From: Tubulanus polymorphus
Lineage: Eukaryota; Animalia; Nemertea
Reading direction: 5' to 3'
Assembly (NCBI RefSeq): GCF_964204645.1
Contig: NC_134026.1
Location: 27,500,150 to 27,564,149, forward strand
Length of the DNA: 64,000 nucleotides
Below the pieces are notes generated by a model, which made no database searches, had not been told where the DNA came from, and saw only the letters and a list, made by a program, of their open reading frames with translations. Below are positions 43,034 through 55,100 of this stretch, one piece after another. How positions within the stretch are numbered: the first letter of the stretch is position 1; each line of letters opens with the position of its first letter. A program made the translations under genes and the position numbers.

Positions 43034-45236
43034 TTACTTTTTCGGTTGATCTTTTTTATTTTTATCATCATCTTTTTTTGCTAAGGAGCCCATTGCATTT
43101 TGTATTGCGGAACTACCAGGATCAACGCCTGGTAAATTTTCTAATACGCTTTGTAAAAATGCGGGATCGTTCATGACTTCACTATAGTCTTCCTCTTCAT
43201 CTTTTGACTGAAGTGAAACAAAATGCATACAATAGAATACATGTATATACGCTACATGCCGCTACATGCCGTTTAATATCTTGAAAATTGAATATTCAAA
43301 ATTTTACCTCGACTTTCGATGCAGTTCCAGATGCAAGTGTACTATCATCTGTTTCCATAGGGGTTGGAGCATCACTAGCTTCTAATAAACAAATCATATA
43401 TTATCATATCATCTCAGGGAGGTCCACTAATTTATGACGAGCGAATCATATCTTAATCCACTTTTAACCTACCTGAAGCTAAAGACATACGCATGGCATA
43501 TGCAATCTGTTCTTCTTCAGTCATCATACCGAGATCAGGCATAGGTTCGGAATCCTCACTCTGCATTGACATAGCAATCGCTTGTTCTAAAAGTGCTTCT
43601 TCGCCAGTACCAGGGGCTGAATTAAAATCATCGAAGTTTGAAAGATGAGACTCATCATTGATACACTGATAAAAGCGTAACTAAAAAGCATAATGGAATT
43701 GATACCTTCAGCAATAGAGGGAGTGGCAGTATCTGTGCCAGTGGCAGGTGTTACTTTTCTTGAATCTTCCTCTTGTCTCGCACGCTGTTCTTCCATCGAT
43801 ACACGTAAAGCCTAAAATGAAATGAATAAAAATTGAAATTCAGCTTCGTCAAAGGGTTATTCGATAAGATGATTCAAAAATAATGAAAATCTATAATCAA
43901 GATAGTTACCAAAGCAAGTTCAGGATCTTCATTAGGATCAACACCAAATTCAAATCCAGCACTGCTCATACCAGCAACTGGTCCGACACCATCTTCTCCC
44001 ACTACTATCGGTGAACTGATCAGTGCATCGGAGAGAAGAGGGCCAGGAGGAACGGTTACTAAATGAGAACTGAAAATAAAAACATGAGACTTATTATGTA
44101 TAATATTAATATTCATTTTTAGTTGGGCTCCAAAAACCATACTACACATACCTGGTTCCATCTTTGCCATTTATGGTGTTAATGAATGTAGTCAGTTTAT
44201 CAGTATTTACAGTCTGGAAATATAAACGTCACTTATTCTATAAACTATCAAACGATTATCTTTTGAATTAAAGAGGTTTGTATGATTTGTTCTTACCTCT
44301 TCACCAAAATTGATAACATCAACATTGACTTTCTCCTTCTTTAATCTTTTAGCTAATTTAATCAACTGTAATGAAAGGAATTTTGAAGATGAAATCAGTA
44401 TTCTTCAAGACCTATTTATGCATTGAAGCAAAAATTCATAAAAAGTCTTTGTGAATTTTTGATAGAAGTTATAAATATCTACCTCTTTCTCATCTTCAGT
44501 GATTGGACTTCCCACGAAGGCCACGATGCGCATTTTATGATTTTTTCCTTGACGATGCTTCAGTGCCAACTAAATAACGAAGAAGAAATCAAGAGAAATT
44601 AATTTTTACACTTCTATGATCTTAGATGAAAGGCTTTTAAATATAAACTTACATGAGCAATTCTAATTCCAGACATGAAACTTATTTCTCCTCTTGGTTG
44701 AACTTGATGTAATTTTGACAATACTCTTCCAGTATCAGTTGTGAGTGTACACAGGACCTCCGTACTGAAAGATCCACATGAATACAATGATAGTCATAGT
44801 TAATGACTACTAGATAGATGGGCCTAAAAAGGTATTTTTATTTTTTTACCTTGCCAAAGTCAGCAATCCAACATTGTTCTCAGGATTGGATCTGGTCTTT
44901 GAATGCGATATCAAATTCACCGCATCTTGTTGAGCTTGCAAACGAGTTGGTAAAAAGTCGCCATTTCTCATATAATCACTGTTGTCAACACTGAAACAAA
45001 ATTTCAAATTTGTATGACAGGAGTTCACTCAGACTAGATTATGACACTGCAGTTTTGACAAGGGATATACATCTTCTAAACATAATTTACATTATCGGTA
45101 CTGCAATTTCAAAGATTCTCGTAAAACCATATGATCGAATCTGTATTTAAATTTCATAAAATATGCAAATACAATGAAAAAGGATAAGAAAACGCGATTA
45201 TTTAGCTTACCAAAGGATTGTACTTTCCAGCACCAT
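43034..45236 (-). CDS. PSMD4: 26S proteasome non-ATPase subunit 4 (Rpn10/S5a)
   Basis: MVLESTILC|[20 protein letters not shown] (vWA domain), [35 protein letters not shown], UIMs [15 protein letters not shown] and [15 protein letters not shown], and C-terminal [14 protein letters not shown]. Confidence 0.95.
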
Positions 45237-45584
45237 CTTGAACCCGGAAGCTTATTTACCTGAGCGAGTTGGCACTTGGTGGCAGCACAATACGGTCACT
45301 AGATAATTTCTATGCACACCGCGGGCCAGCGCACTGGCGAATGAATGACTATTAATCGGCCCTCTATTAATCTTTCCAAAATCAAATCCAGCCATTTCTA
45401 TTTTTAGATACATGTGATCATGTAAATGACAGTTACATAGCACGGCCCCAATAGAAAGCTGTTTTTATCCAAAACAAACTTACAAATTTCTTTGCCGCAA
45501 GATAGCGCCAGCGGCTAGCCGTCTTAGAACGCATGATTTTTTATATATAATGATTATATTATATAGTCCGTATATATTGAAACA

Positions 45585-47334
45585 ATGCAGACTAGATGCT
45601 ATTTATGTGGCTGTAATACTTTCAATATTTTTGACGTGAAAAATCAAGTTGACACCTCTAAAACATGCCTTAATTCGCGGTTACAATCGGTACAGCTAAT
45701 TCCATCCTCACCTGCAACAGCTAATTCTGAAGTTTCTCATGTTGATTTATCTTGGCATTCTATCATCACCTTAACTTCGGGTAAAGTATTTTACGTTGTT
45801 TTGTAGAGTATTGAGGATTAAGCCGTTTAGTATAGTATTTTGCAGTATGTATGAGAACTTGTGATTTAATGATTCTATTTTAGTAATAGATTAATGATTG
45901 ATTGATTTAATGATAGATTAATAGATTTTATAATAGATTCATGATTTAATTTTAGTAATAGATTAATGATTTACTGATTCTATTTTAATTTTTTTATTTA
46001 TTTCTATTTAATGATTCTATTTACTGATTCTATTTTGAACAAATCTTTTAACTTTTTAGACGCTGAATTGTATATAAGCGGATTCCATGGAGGAAAAGAT
46101 CACAAGGACAAATTAATTGAATCCAATGTAGATTGTTTTGATCGTTTGTGGGATTCAGTACTTTTTATAAGTAAAAATGGGAAACTACTGGTTAAACATG
46201 GAGACACTAGTATTCCAGTAGAAGTTGAATTAGCTGCTAATAACAAACTTGTCCAGATTTCATGTACAGATGAAGATACATATATTTTGACAGGTGATTA
46301 CGTATGTCCCAGCTATAAATCATTGCATTGGATTGAAAGGTTGTTGTTTGATAAATAATTGGTATAAATTTCAATAGATGAAGGATCTGTGAAAAGATGT
46401 TCCCATTCAGAAAACTGCTGGTCTGTCAACGATATGGATTTAGATTTTAAAGTAGCACAAATAGCATGTGGAAAAGAGCATACTTTGTTACTGAGTGAAA
46501 GTGGGCAGGTTTATAGTTGTGGGTCTGGAAGGTAAGAGATCCAAGTCTTTCAGTGTGTATTTCACCTTATCTTAGGACATGCCTGTAAATTATCATTGTA
46601 TCTTTTTTTCATTCCCTGAAAGTCGGGGTCAGCTTGGACATGGCGAAATAGATGTCACTGTTCAAAGTAGTCCAAAGCTAGTTGAAGATTTAGATGGTGT
46701 CAGGATGAAGCAGGTTGCTGCAGGTGGTTGGCATTCAGTTGCATTGAGTGGTAGGTACAGATTATACCACATATTCATACTAGCTCAAGGAAACATTTAC
46801 ACACTTTATTTGTTCATTATGTGAGATTCTCTGTATTATACAACATAACTCAGTATCATTTTAAAATAACTTGTCTGAATGGGTCTTTTCCAGAAATTGG
46901 TGACGTTTATATCTGGGGATGGAATGAAAGTGGTCAACTGGGATTTACAAATGATCTATCAAGTGAAGCTGTTAACTTTCTTCTTCAACCAACCTTACTC
47001 AATATCGATGGAGAAGAATCAATTCAAAAAGTAGTGTGTGGTTCAAGGCATACAGTTGCTCTAACAGGTTAAAATCGGTATCTACATGTAAATTACTTAG
47101 GTCATTTTGCGCTCGTCACCACTAGGCTAGCCTTTTTTTCACCTCATTCCAGAAAATGGAGATCTGTTCACATGGGGATGGAATAAGTACGGCCAGTTAG
47201 GACTAGGTGATCAAACTCAAAGCAATAAATGCTTTAAACCTACCAAAGTTTCACAGATTGTTATCAAAGACGAGAGACTAGTGGATATATATGCTGGAGC
47301 CTGGAACACTGCAGTTATTACCAAAATCCTTTAA
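45585..47334 (+). CDS. RCCD1: RCC1-domain-containing protein 1-like, about 6 exons
   Basis: RCC1 repeats: IACGKEHTLLL, GSGSRGQLGHG, VAAGGWHSVAL, GDVYIWGWNESGQLG, VCGSRHT and TWGWNKYGQLG. The C-terminus is AGAWNT, with TAA at 47332-47334. Confidence 0.85.
45880..46040. repeat. AT-rich degenerate minisatellite in RCCD1 intron 1
   Basis: Repeated TAATAGATTAATGATT and GATTCTATTT units. Confidence 0.6.
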
Positions 47335-47906
47335 TCTGTAAATCATGAATTTATTCTATTAAAGAAAGCATTTATATTTTATAATAAACTATCTTCATTT
47401 TGTTTATTCAATCTTTCAATATATCTGTTTAACATGGATTATTTACATAACTAGTACCGGTAATTACCATTAAGTATGAGATTTTATTGACTAGAAACAA
47501 CATTGTCATAATCACATCAGTGAAATTATGCTTGTAACAATTAAAGTACTGAATCAACTCGATAACTTGTTTGCGATCAAAAACGATGATTTCAATTAGA
47601 TTAGTTAAATAATCTCATATTTGGCACATTATTGCCTATCCTGACTAGAAAATTACGAGGATAAACAACAAAGGTATCTTGAATCGCTGTTCTCAAAAAG
47701 AATTTTACCATTTAAACTTAGATTTGGTATGTGTATGCATAAACATTTATTCATTTTATAAAGACTACACTAAAATATTATAAATGGTTTAATACCATAC
47801 ATAAAATATGATCCCTGGATTGCTAGCACTGCGTGTAGATTATTCTCAAGTTCATACAACAACGTAATTACATCTCATCGATTTCGATTTACCAAAACTT
47901 CATATT

Positions 47907-50900
47907 CTATTGCTTGAGAAGTGTCGACACCATAACCTTTCCATCCATTGCTCCTGTTAAACACATTCGACAGTCTATAGCTGTTGACCAGTCTACTGTT
48001 ACTACCGGTGCCTTGTGGCCACTTAAAATCATTGTTTTCTGAGCTCCTTTTTCCCTGTCCAACTGAAATACAATACAATAAATAATATACATGTACACAT
48101 TTGTCGTATTCACTGTTGCAATCGTTTTTCTTTCTAATTCAACGAAATACATACATTGTACATTAAACCATTGGATTGAGCACAAGTTAGTACATATTGT
48201 CCTTCAGCATCAAATGCAAATAATTTTCCTTTAGGAGACTGCATTTGTTTATAGCCTCCAAAAGCAGATGCAACAAATGGTCCGGCAGCACCACTGTGGA
48301 CGCACCAGTCGCATACTTTGTTGCCTGTTTGATGTATGCTCCACTGTAAGAACTAAGAATAAAGAAAACAAGAATAATGGTTACCTGTAATTGCCGGCCC
48401 TAAGTATCAAAAGCAAGCATAAGTTCACATACCTTTCCATCTCCACCCATGCTATAACAGGTATTTTCATCAGAGCTGAACTGTACACAGTAAACCTCAC
48501 CTACATGAGCTCTCCATGAAGCGATACATTCCACTCGTTGCATGTCTGTCAAAAAATAGGTTAACAGTTTGAGCCACTCTCAATAGATAAAGTCCCCATA
48601 TTTCAATATTTCTTTCAAGTGAACTTACCAAAAAGACGAATCATACCATCGGCACCTCCAGTTACGAGTAGTTGGCCATTATGGTTGAAAGCAGTACAAT
48701 TAACAGCAATGGGACTGGGTGTTAATGGTAGTTCTTTCTGTAAGTTAGAGGATAGTTTGTCAAGATACACTGCTTACGCAGTATACAATATAAATCATGA
48801 TCAGTTTACCTCCATTTTCATAGTTTTCATGTCCCACAAAGATAGTTTACCAAGTCTCGCTCCAACAGGTTCAGCACCAACTCTGCCGATCCTACCAGAT
48901 GATGCACACACGAATGATGTACCGGCAGGACTACACGCTAATGATACAATCCTACAATAATAAAGTTTTCAAGGTAAACACCACATAAAACTAATTGAGA
49001 TGAAATCACAATTCTGTACACTGTATACCTAGGGAAAGCTGCATCAGCAGCGACCTCTATAAGTGTTTTCTTTTCCTTGATATCAAATAATCGAACACGT
49101 CCTGCTTTGTTACCAAGTAATAACTGAAATTGAAAATGTTGATAAATGAACTTTCATTAATTGTTTGAAGTAAATGGATGAAGTTTGCTGATATGACATG
49201 AACTTACTAATCGGTCAGCTTTACTCGCCCATTCTAATGATAACAGTGGAGCAGTTGACATAATTGAACCCACCGTTACGGGAGCAGGATCTAATGCCCA
49301 TACCCTGTGCAAAATACCATGAAGTATTACAAGACTCATAATTCAAAAAATATTCTAACACATTTTCTTTGGAAGAAAAATGAAAACACTTACTTGACAA
49401 CTCCATCTATATCTACACTGGCTATCATCTTTCCAGTTTCACTGAATCGACAATGCGTAATTGAAGAGTGATGTTCGTTGTATTCATCTTGGCTCAATAA
49501 CAGAAATGGTGATTCAACATCTGTTTAAAATGACAACAGAGCACAGAATCTAACTTTACTGAAAGCCATGACTGTAATAAATACCAGACCAGTAATGTTT
49601 TAATACTTCACTAACCAGTGTTTTCTATGGAATCAATTGGAACTTTATATCTCATCGAATCTTTCTTTGGTTCTTCTCGGTGATTTTCGGATGTAACAGA
49701 TTGAGGTGGAATAATGGGAGCAGATATCTGTCGGTTGACTGCATCCTTCTTTACTACATTACCATCAAAAGATTTACGTTTATCATCTACAAACTACAAG
49801 ATATATTGAATTGCAGAAATCCTGGGGGAACAATTGGCTCTAGGACACATGATCAGTGTTTCAAATAATTACCTTGTCTTTCTCCTTACAATTTCGTCCC
49901 ATTCCCAGTAATTCTCTACGCTGTTTGTCATGACTTTCTTGCAATTGTATCTTATGTTTCAATTGATTGATTGCAGCTGGATTTGCGTGTATTGATGATT
50001 GACCATTGTTTCCATGTATTTGTACTGGTGGGAATGATTGTCTGGCTGCACTCGGTGAATTTGTGCCCAGTTGACGCATTTTAACATCATCTTTGCCACC
50101 ATTTCCTTCTTTTCCTCCAAATCTTTTGTTCATGTCATCGGATTTCATTTGAGGCTGTGATATTTTCCGCCCAAAGGATGGACTAGCAGTTTTACGGAAT
50201 GTCGGTGATGTAGGCAGATTAATTTTCTTAGCAAAGGATTTGATAATTCCAGGTTGTGGTTCTGGCTCCTGAATTGTTGTATCTCTGTAAAGGAAATGTC
50301 ATGTTAGGCCTTTTTTTCTCAACATGTTTCAAGTATATTATGAATACTAGAGAAAGTACCTACTTACTGAGATATATCATAGAAATCATCCATTAATTCC
50401 AAATTTGTCGCTGTAACCAAATTGATATCGGCAGGCTTCTTTTTTTCAAGTTTTTCATTCATTTGACCGAGCCAAGGATCATTTTTCTTCTTGTCCTTAT
50501 ACATAGCTAACTGCAACAACAAAACGAACATTCACCACGCTGAAACTGTGATTTGAAAATTAAAAGAATAAGTTTAGAGATGCAAAAAGCGTCTAAAATT
50601 ACCTGCTTCAGATAGTGACCAGTTTCTTCTTGTAACCTTTTAATTCTTTGAAGATCTTGCTCAAACATGAGAAGAGCAGGGAGGGGTAGAATAGTAAATT
50701 AAGGATAAAAACATCTAAGATTCTAATGTTATATTTGGAAATCACTGACAACCGGTAAATGTGAACATTAAAAGGATATGCATACTCTGATATACAACAC
50801 TTAGGAAGTTGTGTAACGATAAGAGGAATGTATCCTGCCATTGCTTTGTGAAATACATAGCAAATGTAGCGTTATCTTCTGGGTTCTTAATGAATGGTAA

Positions 50901-51840
50901 AGCTGTAAAAGTTTCAACAATGTCATGTATAATCATAAGAATCATCAATGAGAATAAAGTCTTTTTCAATACTTACCAAACCATTCTTTCCATTCAGACT
51001 GATTCTGAATCTCGGGAGCCATTTTTTCAAAGAATTCATTCACTTTTTCGAGTCTGTTAGCTGAAACAGCTGTAACCAGATACCACCTAAAATTAATTAT
51101 GATGACAATCAAAAGTATGGTTTGAATTAATTTTTTTTCTTCAAACTTACGATTACTAATCATTAGGACTTAGGCCTACCTGTAAAGGCTGACCTCCAGT
51201 TTTCTAACACTAGATGAATGAATATATTCAAGACGAGAGAACAAGCGCGTATCCAAATATATCCAGTATTCCTTTAACGGAACTAAGTCAGAATTCACAA
51301 CATAAGAGTGAATCAGTTCAATTATCTTTTCAGCCTGAAATTAGAGATAAGTGAATGTCAAGTAGTTATTAGGCTAGTTCTAGTAGCAAGTAGGGTTAGT
51401 CTAGTACCTAGCAGTCAAACTTAGAGGGAACCGTAACGTAACAACAACTGGTATTCAGACTAATAGTAGGGGTGGTGGAACCAACTGCAGACTGGACATA
51501 AATTTTAAAAGGGCCTCATGTCAAGACCTGTCTCGTATAACTAACCGCAAAGGAGCTGTTTATACGTATGAAATGTTACAATGTTCGCTTCCCATAAATA
51601 ATAGAAAGGCTGCATCAATAAAATCTGTCTCGATTGAATTTGATTGAAATACGTTCCACTAAGAAATCTATGCATTATGGGGTTTATGAACTGTTTGAAA
51701 GTCGAATATGCCTCTACCTTGAATCCTTTATCTTTGTCATTTTTCAATTCGACATCATAATTCTTCAGACTTGTGTGGAATCCACGGAATAAGATGTATT
51801 CTTTCACCATCTCGTCTAAGTTCGGTACAGCCGACGCCAT
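47907..51840 (-). CDS. WDR91: WD repeat-containing protein 91
   Basis: The N-terminus is [21 protein letters not shown]...DKDKGFK, followed by [15 protein letters not shown] and [21 protein letters not shown]40 repeats include [20 protein letters not shown] and [13 protein letters not shown]. The protein ends STLLKQ*. Confidence 0.93.
50686..50779 (-). other. U12-type (minor spliceosome) AT-AC intron in WDR91, 94 nt
   Basis: On the minus strand the 5' end is ATATCCTTTT, the branch site TCCTTAAT lies ~12 nt before the 3' end, and the 3' end is TTCTAC. Removal gives in-frame [14 protein letters not shown]. Confidence 0.9.
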
Positions 51841-52196
51841 ATTGTTTGTGCTGTAAGATCGTGAGAAATCGTGCTCTATTATTATCGAATTAAGCCGTAA
51901 TTCGTTTGAATAAGCGATGAATCTGAGTTCAATCATTTAAAACAATACTGTACCATCTAGTGAAACACTTCGTAAGTAAATCATTTCAATAATACTCTGA
52001 TATTTTACTTATATTTGGCTCGCATAATGTGCACGTGTTAGTCTGTGTTTCAACCGTCCGTATTTATTTAACCTGTTAACCACTTTCCCTTTCACATCCT
52101 TCTTTATTCGACTCTTAGTAATCTTTAGCAAACGTAGAATGCATTAAATTGAACCGAATTTAAGATCATTGTTGACTATTTTCAGGATCGGAACTA

Positions 52197-55100
52197 TGTC
52201 GTCTGGTCAGCAAGATTCGAATAATACAGCGGCTGCTGCTGCTTACTACCAGATGTGGCAACAATACCAACAACAATCAGGTTCAGCCACATCGGGAACA
52301 TCAACCTCTACTACTAGTACTGGTCCTCCTGGTCCACCTGCTAATTCATCCGCACAGGACTACGCACAATGGTGGCAAATGTACAGTCAGTGGTACCAGA
52401 ATTATGTATCGAGTATTGGTGGTGAGTCTAGTGGAAACTCGCAAACAAATACTGCATCCACGAATTCTGCTTCAAACATGGCTGCACAAGCTGCCCAGTG
52501 GGCGCAATGGGGGCAGCAAAGTCAACATCAGAACCAGGGAAATTGGGGCCAAACCGGTGGTTGGGGAAATCAGCAGAATAATGCCGGGTATTGGGGCTCG
52601 TCTAGTGCTGGTATGAGTAGCGATGGAAGTTATTGGGGACAAGGAGGCTATGGAGAAGGTTACAATCAAAGTGGTTATGGAAGTAATTACGGTCAAATGG
52701 GTTATGGACAAAATCGAGGATCGTGGGCTCCCTCCCAGCGTGGTGGAGGTGGTGCGTATCGTCGTGGAGGGAGTGGAGATCGCAGTGGGCGTTCTGATAG
52801 TAAAAAAAGAGGATGGGCTGATAACAGTTGTTCTACAGATAACAGTGATTATTGGGGAGTGAAGAAACAAAGAACTGAGAGCTGGGACAGATATAGTAAA
52901 GATAGGTTCGGTGAAAATCGCGACCGCTCATCCGATCGTTTTGGAAAAAGTTCCGGTGGCGACAGAGCGTTTGGTTTTGGCGGCAACCGTTCCGATAGGA
53001 AAGATGACCGTAGTCATTATCGAACGTCAAGTTCTGCTCGACGCGGCGAAATCAAGTCCTTGCTCGACCTCGATGTAAAAGCCCCGACGTCGGCGAGAGG
53101 CAGAAGAGATTCTGATCGTGAGGACAGACCGAGAGATCGATACGGCAGCAGTCGACGTGATGATAAATACAGTAGTGATGATCGATACGGAAGTATGGAC
53201 CGCGACAGAGGAAGAGATAGGCGTAGACGTGAACGCACTCCCGAACGTAGAGAACGCAACAGACCAGAGTTTTCATCTCCTAGACGCCACGAAAGCGATT
53301 CTGACGTCAGTCATAATCGTCGCGGAAATACAGCCCTTCTAAAGCAGAAACTCAGAAAACTTGAAATGCTGATTTGTGATGCTATTAAAGAGAAACGAGA
53401 CACAGGGAAATGTATCGAATTGGAAAAGGTGAGAAATTATAAAACGTTAAAATTATTTGGTGTATTAGAAACGTGGTGTATTCACACATTGTGGTTGATA
53501 ATGTTATAATTCATATTTCAGTATATGGAGGAGTTGACCTTACAAAAAGCTTCAGCTGAAGGCAAAATATGTAATGATGAAGCCACCAAAAAAATAGCAG
53601 AAGAGATTAAAGCGGATAAAATAGGGGATGATAAAAATGTAGAACATCCTGGTGAGCCTGATACTAAAGAGTCTGAAAGTGAAGGTCCTGCTGAACCTGG
53701 AACTGAAGATACTAATAAAGCCGGAACTGAAGGTACTGATAAGCCTGGAACTGATGGTACCGATGAGACTGGAACTGATGGTACTGATAAGCCTGAAACT
53801 GAAGGTACTAATTTACCTGAGACTGAAGGTACTGATCAGCCTGAAACCGAAGGTACTGATAAACCTGAAACTGCGGGCTGTGGTGAGGGAATGGAAGCAG
53901 AAGAACCAAAACCAGAACAAGAGGACGAAACTGCCAAGACATCTGATACAATAACAGAGGAGAAAAATTGTGAAGATGAAGGTGACAAAATGGTAAGTAG
54001 CCTTAAATAGACACATGGATGTTCTTGTAATCAAAGCTATCGATAGATCTAAATGATGATGTAAGTTTTCTTTTCTGACAGGAGAGTGTACAAACCGAGA
54101 AGCCAGTTGAAGCCTCCAGAGATGCAGAGAGTACAATTCCTGATTCGGAAATGATTGACGATTCGATACAGAAAGAAGTGGAAGATGAGTCAGAAGTTGA
54201 GGAAATTGAGGAAGATGAAGAGCAGGAAAGTACCATTCAGCAAAGCCACGAAGAAGGGGGAACATTCACAAATAGCATGGTTGAAACATTGTCATTGGTT
54301 CAAAAGCGTGAACAAAGTACAAGAAAGCACAAACCCATTCCATTTACTGTTGAAGAATGTCAACATCTTGTTACTATGTTCCTGAAGAAGATCCACCTTG
54401 AGACCATGATTGTTTTAACTGACTTTGTTCATGATGGAACCCCTATGGTTCTATGCGAGTTGTATGTGCAAGAATATTGTTTGGGTACAGGAGAATCAAG
54501 GAGTCATAAGATAGCTGTTCAGCGTGCATTCTACACTATCGTTGATTTCTTTAGAAAGTCTCCATCTATCAAACTGCTTTACTTTAAGAGAACGACACGA
54601 TCAATCCTCGAAGAGATAAAACACGAATTATTAGTTAAAGGTTCTGAAGATGCTGAACTTATGAAATCTCTTGATTTACCCCCCGCCACAGATACTGTAA
54701 TACCGGCAAATACTACTGACGATCTCCCTGTGGCTAAACCTGAGGAATATGGAAATATTGTAGTACTTGTCCATCCAGAACGTAATGACCAGGATCCTTT
54801 GAATGTCATATATCAGCTTGCTGAATTCAACAACAAGGAAGTGAAATTTTTGTACAAGGAAGTCACGCGAAGGCGTCGAGCTGAAACCAAGTAGGTGTAC
54901 CTCATTTTCTGATCTCGCTATGAATCATTTCCTGCAGATGATGGTAAATATAAACAAACCTTTTTCTATTTTAGATGTGCCCTATACTTCGATAATCATT
55001 TGATGATTGTTACCTTTGATGAAGGTCAAGCCTGTGCCAGACATCGTGCTTCAAAAACATTGCTTCGCAAATTGTATGAAAGACACTGGTCACTTGTTGT

